DNA of 64,000 nucleotides from Escherichia coli (GTDB lineage Bacteria; Pseudomonadota; Gammaproteobacteria; Enterobacterales; Enterobacteriaceae): NCBI RefSeq assembly GCF_050920415.1, contig NZ_CP169309.1; one strand, 5' to 3'. Shown piece by piece: positions 36,103 to 44,395 of this stretch (position 1 is its first letter; each line of letters starts with the position of its first letter). The notes under the pieces were generated by a model. It saw only the letters and a program-made list of their open reading frames with translations, ran no database searches and was not told where the DNA came from. The position numbers and the translations under genes were made by a program.

Positions 36103-36743
36103 TTATATACGTCCTTTAAGATAAGTCAGTCCTGGATGAAACCAGTAAGCAGGCACTTTTTTAAAGGGTGGATTATCAAAATCACGAAGAAGAGCCTCCC
36201 GCACAACTGCATCCTTGTCCGCACCACTGGCCAGCGCTTCAATCTCAGCAGCTACCTGCAGATATCCCATGCAACGACCAATGCGCTTCATTAGTCCCTG
36301 CTTTTTATTGTTCTTCAGGTAATCAATGGCAAATTCAATGAGCGCCTCACTGTGCTGGTGCGATGCTGGTGTTACTTTTCCATCTTCACGGATCGTGATA
36401 TTCCAGTCATCGCTTGTCACAATAAAAGATGGCCGATTCCCCCCCCATGCCTGGTCTTTATCCGGTGCAGACGCAATAAAATAACGTTTATTGCCTTCCT
36501 CTCCGGCACTTTTAACTGTAATGGAGTACTTTTCTGACAATGCGGTCGGTAAAAACTTTTCCTGCAAAATCTTCTCAAAGGTCCTGCGAGCAATTTTGAT
36601 GCAATCATCGTAAAACGCTGCTTCCTGCTCATCGCGGCGTTTTTTTCATCTTCAGAAACCATCAGCACCGACAGTTTTTTATTCAGTTCAGTGATTTCAT
36701 TTTCCAGGCAACTTATGCGCTGATTCATTTCTTCATGGTTCAT
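36103..36743 (-). CDS. hypothetical ~213-aa protein needing a -1 frameshift at A_AAA_AAC (or pseudogene)
   Basis: Frame X (MNHEEMNQRISCLENEITELNKKLSVLMVSEDEK) runs into a GAAAAAAAC run at 36639-36647. The -1 frame opens exactly there and continues protein-like (KRRDEQEAAFYDDCIKIARRTFEKILQEKFLPTAL... to 36103). The 0-frame continuation looks like junk. Confidence 0.45.
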
Positions 36744-36746
36744 CGT

Positions 36747-36962
36747 CTACTCTCCCCGCGCCGCCTTACGCCGGTCCTCTCTGATTTTGAAATACAGGTT
36801 AGTCAGGTACGTCAGCAGGCCAAACAGCAGACTCCCCAGCACACCTATCGCCACCCACTGGGACGGAGAGACTTTGTCCAGCAGCTGCAGTAACCAGTAT
36901 CCCGTCCCCACCGCTGACGTGGTGTATGACACACCTGTTGTGATTTTTTCCATCTGGTACAT
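36747..36962 (-). CDS. S: pinholin (phage 21 S21 family), dual-start motif MYQM
   Basis: [71 protein letters not shown]; C-terminus near-identical to S21. Confidence 0.8.
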   Translation of the reverse strand: MYQMEKITTGVSYTTSAVGTGYWLLQLLDKVSPSQWVAIGVLGSLLFGLLTYLTNLYFKIREDRRKAARGE

Positions 36963-37260
36963 ACCCCGTCTCCCGTTATCCGGAAACTGACAACAATAAA
37001 AAAGCCACCCGTTAATTACTGATGGCTCTGATGCATAAACGTCATCATTCCTGACCGTTATGATTGACAATGGTTATCATTTTTATATAAAAATACTCCC
37101 GATATGTGTTACATATCATTTCTCCACGGGGAATATCCCCACGCCAGCGTCAGACTCGTTTTCCCGTTCTCTTCTGTGCTGGCGTTTTTTTTATTATGAT
37201 GTCGGTACATTTATCTCCAGCACCAGGCTTTCAATCTCAACACCATACGCGGAATTTTTG

Positions 37261-37290
37261 GGCGTAAAAAATCCCCTCCGGTGAGGGGAT
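37261..37290 (-). terminator. rho-independent terminator upstream of the pinholin (possible tR')
   Basis: On minus strand aatcccctcaccggaggggatt followed by ttttttacgcc. Confidence 0.6.
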
Positions 37291-37523
37291 TTGCTTATGT
37301 AAACATTTACACTGCTTACCTGCATGGTGCCGGGTGCCTCCCGGTGAATTCAGTATCAGCACCTGAATCCGCAATTATCCCATATACCTACTTGCTGATT
37401 GCCCCTCCGCACAGGGGGATTCACCATGCGAAATTTTTTTAACAAATGCTCAGTCTGACAGGCAACTGTCAACTGGCTGAATTGTGAGACATTTAAAATT
37501 TTCGGGGCGTAACTGATACCCGG

Positions 37524-37688
37524 TTAACTACCTGGCATGTCCTTTTTCACCAAAGGAAAAAGCACCACCACAATACCGACCACCAGCACTCCATCCGCCA
37601 GCACCGACATGATCCTGCTGGTGAAATCCACCATCACCACCAGAAACAGCAGGAGTGCCACAGCGGCCAGACGCAGTTTTACCGTCAC
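37524..37688 (-). CDS. 54-aa hydrophobic peptide translationally coupled (GTGA) to the TerB-like gene
   Basis: (V)TVKLRLAAVALLLFLVVMVDFTSRIMSVLADGVLVVGIVVVLFPLVKKDMPGS; GTG overlaps the TerB stop. Confidence 0.4.
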   Translation of the reverse strand: MTVKLRLAAVALLLFLVVMVDFTSRIMSVLADGVLVVGIVVVLFPLVKKDMPGS

Positions 37689-38116
37689 AGGTGGTTCTCC
37701 AGTCGCAGGCCAAGAACACCAGCAATCTCTTCCAGAACCTTACGCTCTTCCGGCTCAATTTCACCATCTGCTTCAGCAATGGCCACCGCCACATCCAGCA
37801 CATCTTCCGCTTCACGCGTATCGTGTTTCACATCTTCAATTTCACGCAACGCTGCACGACGACCAATTTTAAAATTGGTGTCAAGCTGACCTGTGATCGT
37901 GGCACTGATGGCATTAATTTCTGACGTAAACGTGGACAACGCTGGCTGGTTACGTAATACCTGTTCGATCTTCGCTTTCTCTGAAGTCTCACATTCACCA
38001 TCTGCATAGGCCACTAGGTAGGCAGCATTAATAACCGCCTGTGCCAGATCGCGTTTCTCAAACTTTTTAATTTCAGTTGCTGCTCTGCGGGTTTTCTTTT
38101 TGAAAATACCAAACAT
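37685..38116 (-). CDS. TerB-like (tellurite-resistance TerB domain) protein
   Basis: 143 aa; acidic helical pairs with ...AVAIAEADGEIEPEERKVLEEIA... typical of the TerB fold. Confidence 0.7.
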   Translation of the reverse strand: MFGIFKKKTRRAATEIKKFEKRDLAQAVINAAYLVAYADGECETSEKAKIEQVLRNQPALSTFTSEINAISATITGQLDTNFKIGRRAALREIEDVKHDTREAEDVLDVAVAIAEADGEIEPEERKVLEEIAGVLGLRLENHL

Positions 38117-38289
38117 CGTGACTTTTCCTTTTAGTGGGTGAGCCTGCGCCCTGCGGGGACCAGCCCACAGAGAAAGTCACACTGACCATCCCGTAAGCTC
38201 CCCCCTGAAAAGCTCTGTGGTTTTTGATATACGCCGGGCGTGGCGCGGATACAAAAAAGGCCCGCAAAAGCGAGCCAGGAAAATAAGTA

Positions 38290-38366
38290 TGGCGCGTTGT
38301 ACTGGATTCGAACCAGTGACCGATTGCTTAGAAGGCAATTGCTCTGTCCGACTGAGCTAACAACGC
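38290..38366 (-). tRNA. argO: tRNA-Arg (anticodon UCU), phage-borne
   Basis: RC gcgttgttagctcagtcggacagagcaattgccttctaagcaatcggtcactggttcgaatccagtacaacgcgcca; anticodon loop cttctaa. Confidence 0.75.
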
Positions 38367-38379
38367 ATGATGCAGATAA

Positions 38380-38460
38380 TGGACCGCCATCGAGGACTCG
38401 AACCCCGCACCAACAACCCTGTTATCGTGTCGTCTGCTCTTCCTGATGAGCTAATGGCGG
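38380..38460 (-). tRNA. tRNA-like gene with atypical anticodon arm (argN-like position)
   Basis: Good acceptor (ccgccat/atggcgg), D arm (gctc/gagc) and T arm (cgggg-ttcgagt-cctcg). No canonical 5-bp/7-nt anticodon stem-loop (81 nt). Confidence 0.45.
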
Positions 38461-38467
38461 TACGTTA

Positions 38468-38542
38468 TGGTGGCCCTGCTGGATTTGAACCAGCGACCTG
38501 GCGATTATGAGTCGCTCACTCTCACCACTGAGCTAAAGGGCC
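38468..38542 (-). tRNA. ileZ: tRNA-Ile2-like (anticodon CAU, ileZ/ileX type)
   Basis: RC ggccctttagctcagtggtgagagtgagcgactcataatcgccaggtcgctggttcaaatccagcagggccacca; loop ctcataa as in ileX. Confidence 0.7.
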
Positions 38543-38582
38543 GGGCGCAGGATAATAACGGTACGTAACTAATTCTGCAATA

Positions 38583-39641
38583 TCATCCGTTCTGACTGAC
38601 TAAATCCTGAACTTCCTTGACCGTCTGCTCAAAACGCTCAGTCTCCAGCTCAACGCCAATTGCACGACGTCCCAGCGCCATCGATGCTTTGACCGTCGAA
38701 CCCGACCCCATGAAAAAATCTGCAACCAGATCTCCCGGACGACTGCTTGCGCTGATTATCTGCTGCAACATTTCTGCCGGTTTTTCGCACGGATGTTTCC
38801 CGGGATAGTACTGCACCGGTTTATGCATCCACACATCGGTGTACGGCACCTGCACAGTCACACCGAAATACCGCCGCAAATTTTTATATTCTCTCAGCAG
38901 TTCCGTATACTGCCGGTTCAGTTCACTGTATGTGCTGACCAGCTGGTGGTGTGGCTGCTCCAGTTCACCGCGCTGATGTTTTTCTGCTGCAACACGCGCA
39001 AACAACGCCTGCAATTTGTTGTAATCAGCTTCGTTCGGTAACTGCCACTGACTGGTACCAAACCAGTGCGAAGCCATGTTTTTCTTTCCGGTGGCTTCCG
39101 CTATCTGTTTTGACGTTATTCCCAGTTCGGCACGAGCATCCCTGAAATACGATATCAGCGGTGCCATTATGTGCTGTTTGAGTTCCCTTTCTTTTGCCGC
39201 ATAGCCGTCACTTTTGCCGCGATATGGCCCCTGGTAATGTTCAGCAAACAGAACGCGCTCTGTGGCAGGAAAATATGCGCGCAGACTTTCTTTATTACAC
39301 CCATTCCAACGTCCGGACGGCTTCGCCCAGATGATATGGTTAAGCACGTTGAAACGTTCACGCATCATGATCTCAATATCAGATGCCAGGCGATGCCCAC
39401 AGAACAGGTAAAGGCTTCCGGCAGGTTTCAACACCCGCCAGAACTGGGCCAGACAGTGGTCCAGCCACTTAAGATAATCTTCGTCCCCTTTCCACTGATT
39501 GTCCCAACCGTTGGGTTTCACCTTGAAGTAAGGCGGATCGGTAACAATCAGGTCAATGGAATCATCAGGCAGGGACTGAATAAAATGCAGGCAATCAGCG
39601 TTGATTAAATCAACACTGTTTATTTTTACAGTATTTTTCAT
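38583..39641 (-). CDS. orphan N6-adenine/N4-cytosine DNA methyltransferase (beta class)
   Basis: N-terminal DPPY motif (LIVTDPPYF) and C-terminal FFMGSGST AdoMet motif; no adjacent REase. Confidence 0.8.
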   Translation of the reverse strand: MKNTVKINSVDLINADCLHFIQSLPDDSIDLIVTDPPYFKVKPNGWDNQWKGDEDYLKWLDHCLAQFWRVLKPAGSLYLFCGHRLASDIEIMMRERFNVLNHIIWAKPSGRWNGCNKESLRAYFPATERVLFAEHYQGPYRGKSDGYAAKERELKQHIMAPLISYFRDARAELGITSKQIAEATGKKNMASHWFGTSQWQLPNEADYNKLQALFARVAAEKHQRGELEQPHHQLVSTYSELNRQYTELLREYKNLRRYFGVTVQVPYTDVWMHKPVQYYPGKHPCEKPAEMLQQIISASSRPGDLVADFFMGSGSTVKASMALGRRAIGVELETERFEQTVKEVQDLVSQNG

Positions 39642-39791
39642 GGATCAGTAAGCGTAACTCTGGTAGGCTCACTCTGCTTTTGCGCTAAAGCAGTGGGCCG
39701 TGGTTCGCTTGTGACCAGTAAGCATGAGCGAATGGCTGGCAGGTGCTACCAACACCCACCAGCCGCCCATTTTCACAGCAGGAAACCGCCA

Positions 39792-39995
39792 TTACTGGCA
39801 GCGTCTGAATTTATTCCCGTACCCGCCGTTATCCTTCGCCAGACCCGCCAGAACTAACTGAGTCAGTATTAACTGGCACCGGACTTCGCTTACTCCGGTA
39901 GTTCTCGTCATCATGCGTGGCGTTACCCACTTGTCAGCAGGTAAGAAATGAAGGACTGCGGCGGCGGTTTCTGTCATATCTTGCTGTTTTAGCAT
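39792..39995 (-). CDS. hypothetical small protein (possible wHTH)
   Basis: MLKQQDMTETAAAVLHFLPADKWVTPRMMTRTTGVSEVRCQLILTQLVLAGLAKDNGGY... Confidence 0.35.
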   Translation of the reverse strand: MLKQQDMTETAAAVLHFLPADKWVTPRMMTRTTGVSEVRCQLILTQLVLAGLAKDNGGYGNKFRRCQ

Positions 39996-40115
39996 GTTTT
40001 TTCCCTTCTGGTTAACATGACATACCAATAACTCTTGTCTAAAAAGCCAGCAAGATAAAAAGTCAGTATTCACGACCACCAGCGTGTTTACTGTACTGCA
40101 CCAAGTTTACAGGTA

Positions 40116-40141
40116 CAAAAAAACCGCTCAGCGGCGGGTTT
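40116..40141. terminator. bidirectional rho-independent terminator
   Basis: aaaaaaaccgctcagcggcgggttt. Confidence 0.55.
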
Positions 40142-40264
40142 AAGTTGTGTGGCGAAGTAACCACTCTTAACAGCATATTTGATTTTTTACGATTGTAAAC
40201 GGTTGATTATTCATCTCCAATAAAAATAATTGTGTAGGTATGCCCTTAACAATGGATAAGAAAC

Positions 40265-40711
40265 ATGAATAAAATGACTGTATTATTACTTAGCGCAACT
40301 ATCATTTCAGGTTGTACTTCTTCCGTACCATTGATAAAGAAAACTCAATCAGGAAAACCTGAGGGGGTTTATCAAAATACGACAAAAGATAAAGTCAAAG
40401 ATGCCCTTGTGAATTACTGCAATAGTAGAGGGTTGATAATTTACAACGCGGATAACAGCAGTGTTATATGTGGTAAAGAACTGGAAGGCGGGTCTGCTGT
40501 TTTTGGACAAATGTTAATCGGCAATGCCTATTCAACAACCCCGGTATCAAAAGTCAGATTTACTATCGCTCAAGTTAATAACGATACAAAAGTGTGGGCC
40601 GATATGTGGATGGAAACTCAAATGGCAATGGGGCAAGTACAACAAATGGCTATAACAGACAACGCAAGCAAAAACACTATCCAACAACGTCTTGATGAAT
40701 TAAAACCTTAA
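40265..40711 (+). CDS. lipoprotein (low-GC inserted gene, convergent with Q)
   Basis: Lipobox LLSATIISGC; 148 aa; GC clearly below the phage average. Confidence 0.7.
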   Translation: MNKMTVLLLSATIISGCTSSVPLIKKTQSGKPEGVYQNTTKDKVKDALVNYCNSRGLIIYNADNSSVICGKELEGGSAVFGQMLIGNAYSTTPVSKVRFTIAQVNNDTKVWADMWMETQMAMGQVQQMAITDNASKNTIQQRLDELKP

Positions 40712-40731
40712 GTAAATTAATTAAATAAAAT

Positions 40732-40754
40732 GGGGAGAAATAAATCGACTCCCC
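40732..40754. terminator. hairpin terminator between Q and the lipoprotein gene
   Basis: ggggagaaataaatcgactcccc; T-rich on the minus strand side. Confidence 0.45.
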
Positions 40755-40796
40755 ACACATTAAACTGATTCAATTACCCCCTCAATAAGAGATCTT

Positions 40797-41162
40797 CTAA
40801 CGATCCATCTCTAGCTCAATTTCTAACATCATTAACATGCCATCAACTACACCTTCAGCCTTTTGCAATAAACGCCCAACCCAGCAATCAGAACGCCCAT
40901 GTTTACGGGCAAGCGCCATAAACGTCATACCACCTACATAATAATCCACTAATAAATCGTGCAAATCGCTGTTGTTCTTTTTCAGGCGAGCCATGCACCC
41001 ACAAATGATCATCGCGTCATCGTCACAACATTGCGGGCGGGATTTTACTTTTGAAGGGATTAGTCCTTTAAATCCTGCAGCAATAGACGACCAGGTGACA
41101 TCCTCGTGATTATTTGCCACCCATGCCCCCCAACGTTCAAGAACCATTTGAATATCACGCAT
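40797..41162 (-). CDS. Q: late antiterminator Q (phage 82 / QuuD family)
   Basis: [75 protein letters not shown]... as DLP12 QuuD. Confidence 0.8.
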   Translation of the reverse strand: MRDIQMVLERWGAWVANNHEDVTWSSIAAGFKGLIPSKVKSRPQCCDDDAMIICGCMARLKKNNSDLHDLLVDYYVGGMTFMALARKHGRSDCWVGRLLQKAEGVVDGMLMMLEIELEMDR

Positions 41163-41179
41163 CAACTTTCTCCACAAAA

Positions 41180-42169
41180 TCAGGCCAGAACGCCAATTGC
41201 CAGCGCACGATCGATAAAACGAAATATCAGCTCCAGCTGGGAGCCATACTTCTCTTCAAATGCCACGGTATCCGCATGCAGCTCGTCGTGATGCTTTCTG
41301 CACAAAGGCAACACAAAAAGGTCATGCGCTTTTGTTCCCATTCCACCCTGACCGTGACCTATCAGGTGGTGGGGATCATCAGCAGGCTTTCCACAACATG
41401 CACACGGCTGTGTCTTAACCCAGCGCGTGTACTTTTCATTAACCCAGCGGCGACGTTTGGGGCGTAACATAAAAGACTCCGGCGACTCCGGATCCACTTT
41501 CAGCGCCAGCACCTTTTTCGCTTTATCCTGGATGATGCTGGTGGCAGGAACCGAAGGCACAAGGTCACACTCCCGGGTGACAGACGGCACAACAGGCGTC
41601 GGTAATCTCAGTGCCTTACGGGCTGCACTTTCCGGTAAGGCATCCGCCAGGTCATTACGAGCCAGCCACCAGCACAGTTCCGGCATTGTCACAACGTGAC
41701 TATCATCAAAACCGAGATCCCGACGCACGACAGATAACACCCACCGGGCACAGTTATCCGTTGCCATTGATTCCAGCCGTTCCGTGAACTGATCGCGCAG
41801 CTGGTTATCGCAGTGCCAGCACAGACGGATTGCGCCCGGAGCGTGTCGCATTGTGGTCATATTCTCGCTGTGCCAGTCGGAATGAGGCCACTGGCAGCCT
41901 TTTTCACGAAGTAACCAGCTTTCAAGACATTCCACGCCACCAGCACGACGGATTACCGCCTCATTGCGGAACATAGCCCGAACGGCAGGATCATCCGCCA
42001 GCGGTTGTGATGCCGCCGGAACGGCACCACTGGCAAAAGATGAATAACGTTCCGGCTCAGGCTCCAGCAGGACACGCCCCTGCATAAACAGGGGCATCAG
42101 CTCTGAACCGGGTCTGAACAATACGATCCCCATACGTGGGGCAATTTCAGGGGTCAGTAGTGCTCTCAA
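41180..42169 (-). CDS. DUF968-family protein (YdfU-like, C-terminal HNH-like Cys/His motif)
   Basis: C-terminus ...[45 protein letters not shown]. Confidence 0.65.
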   Translation of the reverse strand: MRALLTPEIAPRMGIVLFRPGSELMPLFMQGRVLLEPEPERYSSFASGAVPAASQPLADDPAVRAMFRNEAVIRRAGGVECLESWLLREKGCQWPHSDWHSENMTTMRHAPGAIRLCWHCDNQLRDQFTERLESMATDNCARWVLSVVRRDLGFDDSHVVTMPELCWWLARNDLADALPESAARKALRLPTPVVPSVTRECDLVPSVPATSIIQDKAKKVLALKVDPESPESFMLRPKRRRWVNEKYTRWVKTQPCACCGKPADDPHHLIGHGQGGMGTKAHDLFVLPLCRKHHDELHADTVAFEEKYGSQLELIFRFIDRALAIGVLA

Positions 42170-42178
42170 CGTAGAACC

Positions 42179-42694
42179 TCACAGCACAATCTGTTTCAGT
42201 TTCTGTACCGCTTTCCCCATATCCGCCATAGCATCAACAAACTCATCAAATTTACGACTTGCCATTCCATACGCCTGGAGGATTTCCAGTTTCAGAGGAT
42301 CCAGTTGCTTTTTAATTTCCGCACGATCATTAAATTTCTTCTCTGCTTCTTCCGCAGCCCTGATCAGCTCCTCAGCATGCCTGCGTAATTCATCCGGAGT
42401 AACGGTCTTTTTAATCACAACGGGTTCCTCTGTTTTTACTGGTATTTCACTATTTACTGCCTGATGTCCAAATTTAGGATGATGTAACGTTGTAGTTCTT
42501 CCATCATTCGCAACGACCAGAAGTCCACTGTCGCGGATAATGCCAATGAGTATCTCCTTATCCCTTTTATTCAGCAGACTGTACGCCTGCACTTTCTGTG
42601 ATATCTGGGTCAGTGTTGCGCCTTCCGGCATTCGTTCAACAAAACGTTTAACCCTGGATAAAACTGGCTGCAGATGGGGTGGTGTAATTCGCAT
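42179..42694 (-). CDS. hypothetical protein
   Basis: 171-aa ORF in the Q-proximal (nin-like) gene cluster; no family recognised. Confidence 0.5.
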   Translation of the reverse strand: MRITPPHLQPVLSRVKRFVERMPEGATLTQISQKVQAYSLLNKRDKEILIGIIRDSGLLVVANDGRTTTLHHPKFGHQAVNSEIPVKTEEPVVIKKTVTPDELRRHAEELIRAAEEAEKKFNDRAEIKKQLDPLKLEILQAYGMASRKFDEFVDAMADMGKAVQKLKQIVL

Positions 42695-42709
42695 GCTCCA
42701 CGCCTCCCA

Positions 42710-43621
42710 TCAGTGAACGGTATCGAGCAGCTTTAACAGCTCAGGGAATCGGGATTCGAAGAAATGCGGCTGCGTCTCGCGCGGATTTGCAGGACTGGTG
42801 ATGTTCTTGCCGAACATGCAGCCTTTCGCCGTCAGCGACCAGAATTTTTTGATGTTGTTAATCGCGGTACGGCTGTATCGTTCGCGTTGTTCAACGATCC
42901 CCAGCTTCGCCATCTGGTGATATGCCTGATTAGCCGTCAGGCGGATACCATACTGCTTCAGCAGTGCACTCAGCGACAGCGTAGGGCGGCTTGAACCATC
43001 TGGCGCATCAGCAGGTGCATCAATGGCATAGATCGGCATAAGTTCAGGAAGACCTGCTACCTTTGATAATTTCTGGTATGCACCAAGTTTCGAGGAGTTT
43101 GACAGATTTAGAGTCTTTGCTGCTGATTCAAGCAGAATGACCCCGGATTTAATTTTGTCGGATGTGGTTTCTTCTGGTGATGAATTATGAAGCGCATCAA
43201 AAGTACGTATCACTTTTAAGCTGAATGCCGGGCTGATCCACATTGCATATGCATAGACCAGCTCTTTACAGACATACGTCCCACCATTGCGCCCCTGAAT
43301 GGTGATGACAGGAATACTACGGGAATCTCCCGTAGTTTCTTCTTCCAGTAATTCCACAAGAGCCTTCGTTTCAGGACGACGCATAAACTCGTGAACTTCC
43401 AGCGAACGGGAGGAGCGATTCTCACCAGCGGCAAGAAGAGCAGCTTTCTGAAGGTCGTTAAGACAGTAGTTAGATTCAAAGTACTGGCGCACAGAAACGC
43501 CATCAATTACAAGCAACTGATTCATTGGTTTCTCCACAAATTTCGGGACTGCACTCCCTTTTCGTTGATGCAAGATGAACTTACTGCGATTTTTAATAGT
43601 TATCAAGGATACACTGTTCAT
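42710..43621 (-). CDS. KilA-N domain antirepressor-like protein
   Basis: N-terminal ...NQLLVIDGVSVRQYFESNYCLNDLQKAA... KilA-N/APSES-like; 303 aa. Confidence 0.65.
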   Translation of the reverse strand: MNSVSLITIKNRSKFILHQRKGSAVPKFVEKPMNQLLVIDGVSVRQYFESNYCLNDLQKAALLAAGENRSSRSLEVHEFMRRPETKALVELLEEETTGDSRSIPVITIQGRNGGTYVCKELVYAYAMWISPAFSLKVIRTFDALHNSSPEETTSDKIKSGVILLESAAKTLNLSNSSKLGAYQKLSKVAGLPELMPIYAIDAPADAPDGSSRPTLSLSALLKQYGIRLTANQAYHQMAKLGIVEQRERYSRTAINNIKKFWSLTAKGCMFGKNITSPANPRETQPHFFESRFPELLKLLDTVH

Positions 43622-43676
43622 AAATACAGTACCTTTAACGAGGTAATACCCAAATTTAGGGTGTTGCTCAATTCCG

Positions 43677-44072
43677 TTACCGAGTTGCTAATTTGCAACT
43701 CGCTTTTTCGTACTTACTGATAGTGATCTCGACCTTACCTTCCGGGATAACCGGTCCCCACTCCACCAGCATTCTTTTCACCTGACTGTCGTCTTCCCAC
43801 ACCCCCGCGTGGGTCAGGGCGTCAAACAGCGCCTTGTTATAGTTGTCCAGATCGCGGATCCGGTTATCCGGAGGAAACAACACGATCTCCACTGAAGCAG
43901 GTGCCGACGTTGGTTTCGGCAGACGACGTAACTGCTCAACTATTGCTGCGCACGCCGCGCTCTGGAATTTTCGCCCCGCCGCGCTTATCAGGCTCTTACC
44001 AGCAAACGCCCCTTTGTTGGGGTGTCGCCAGTACGTGTTCACGCTGGGCGGGAAAGGCAGTATTAGCTTCAT
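43677..44072 (-). CDS. rusA: Holliday-junction resolvase RusA
   Basis: MKLILPFPPSVNTYWRH...DLDNYNKALFDALTHAGVWEDDSQV; RusA catalytic Asp pattern. Confidence 0.85.
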   Translation of the reverse strand: MKLILPFPPSVNTYWRHPNKGAFAGKSLISAAGRKFQSAACAAIVEQLRRLPKPTSAPASVEIVLFPPDNRIRDLDNYNKALFDALTHAGVWEDDSQVKRMLVEWGPVIPEGKVEITISKYEKASCKLATR

Positions 44073-44395
44073 ACTTTCAGGCCCCTCTCATGTAACCAGT
44101 GGGTTGCACGCAGCCTGGCGTTTTCCTCACCGGCAAGCAGTGAGCGGATAATCCCGACCGCCTCGCTGTCGTCGTCCTTCATCGCAGTATGAAGCGTTAT
44201 CCCCCGGGCCACGCCACGCTTTATCGTGATGACGCCTTTTTTCTCCAGTGCGCGAAGATGCTCCACCGCTGCATTCACTGAACGGTATCCCAGCATGGTT
44301 GCCACCTCCTGATTGGTTGGCGGGAAGCCACGTTCTTTCTGATAAGAAATCAGCATATCCAGCACCTGCTGCTGGCATTGAGTTAACGTCGTCAT
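44069..44395 (-). CDS. LexA DNA-binding-domain-only protein (no S24 peptidase domain)
   Basis: MTTLTQCQQQVLDMLISYQKERGFPPTNQEVATMLGYRSVNAAVEHLRALEKKGVI closely parallels the LexA N-terminal wHTH; 108 aa; ATGA-coupled to the upstream gene. Confidence 0.65.
   Translation of the reverse strand: MTTLTQCQQQVLDMLISYQKERGFPPTNQEVATMLGYRSVNAAVEHLRALEKKGVITIKRGVARGITLHTAMKDDDSEAVGIIRSLLAGEENARLRATHWLHERGLKV

Noticed and set aside
36417-36743. 108-aa ORF taken at face value
   Set aside because: The C-terminal 70 residues are compositionally aberrant (RRFCRKSFYRPHCQ...HRIKTRHGGGIGHLLL). The -1 frame carries the real continuation.
37528-37815. 95-aa minus-strand ORF (MKRKMCWMWRW...)
   Set aside because: It overlaps the TerB-like gene out of frame and is Trp/Arg-rich. 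The real small gene here is the 54-aa hydrophobic peptide in another frame.
37261-40796. Searched the Q-S interval for stxA/stxB-like AB5 toxin ORFs
   Set aside because: None present. The ORFs are MTase, TerB-like, tRNAs and a lipoprotein.
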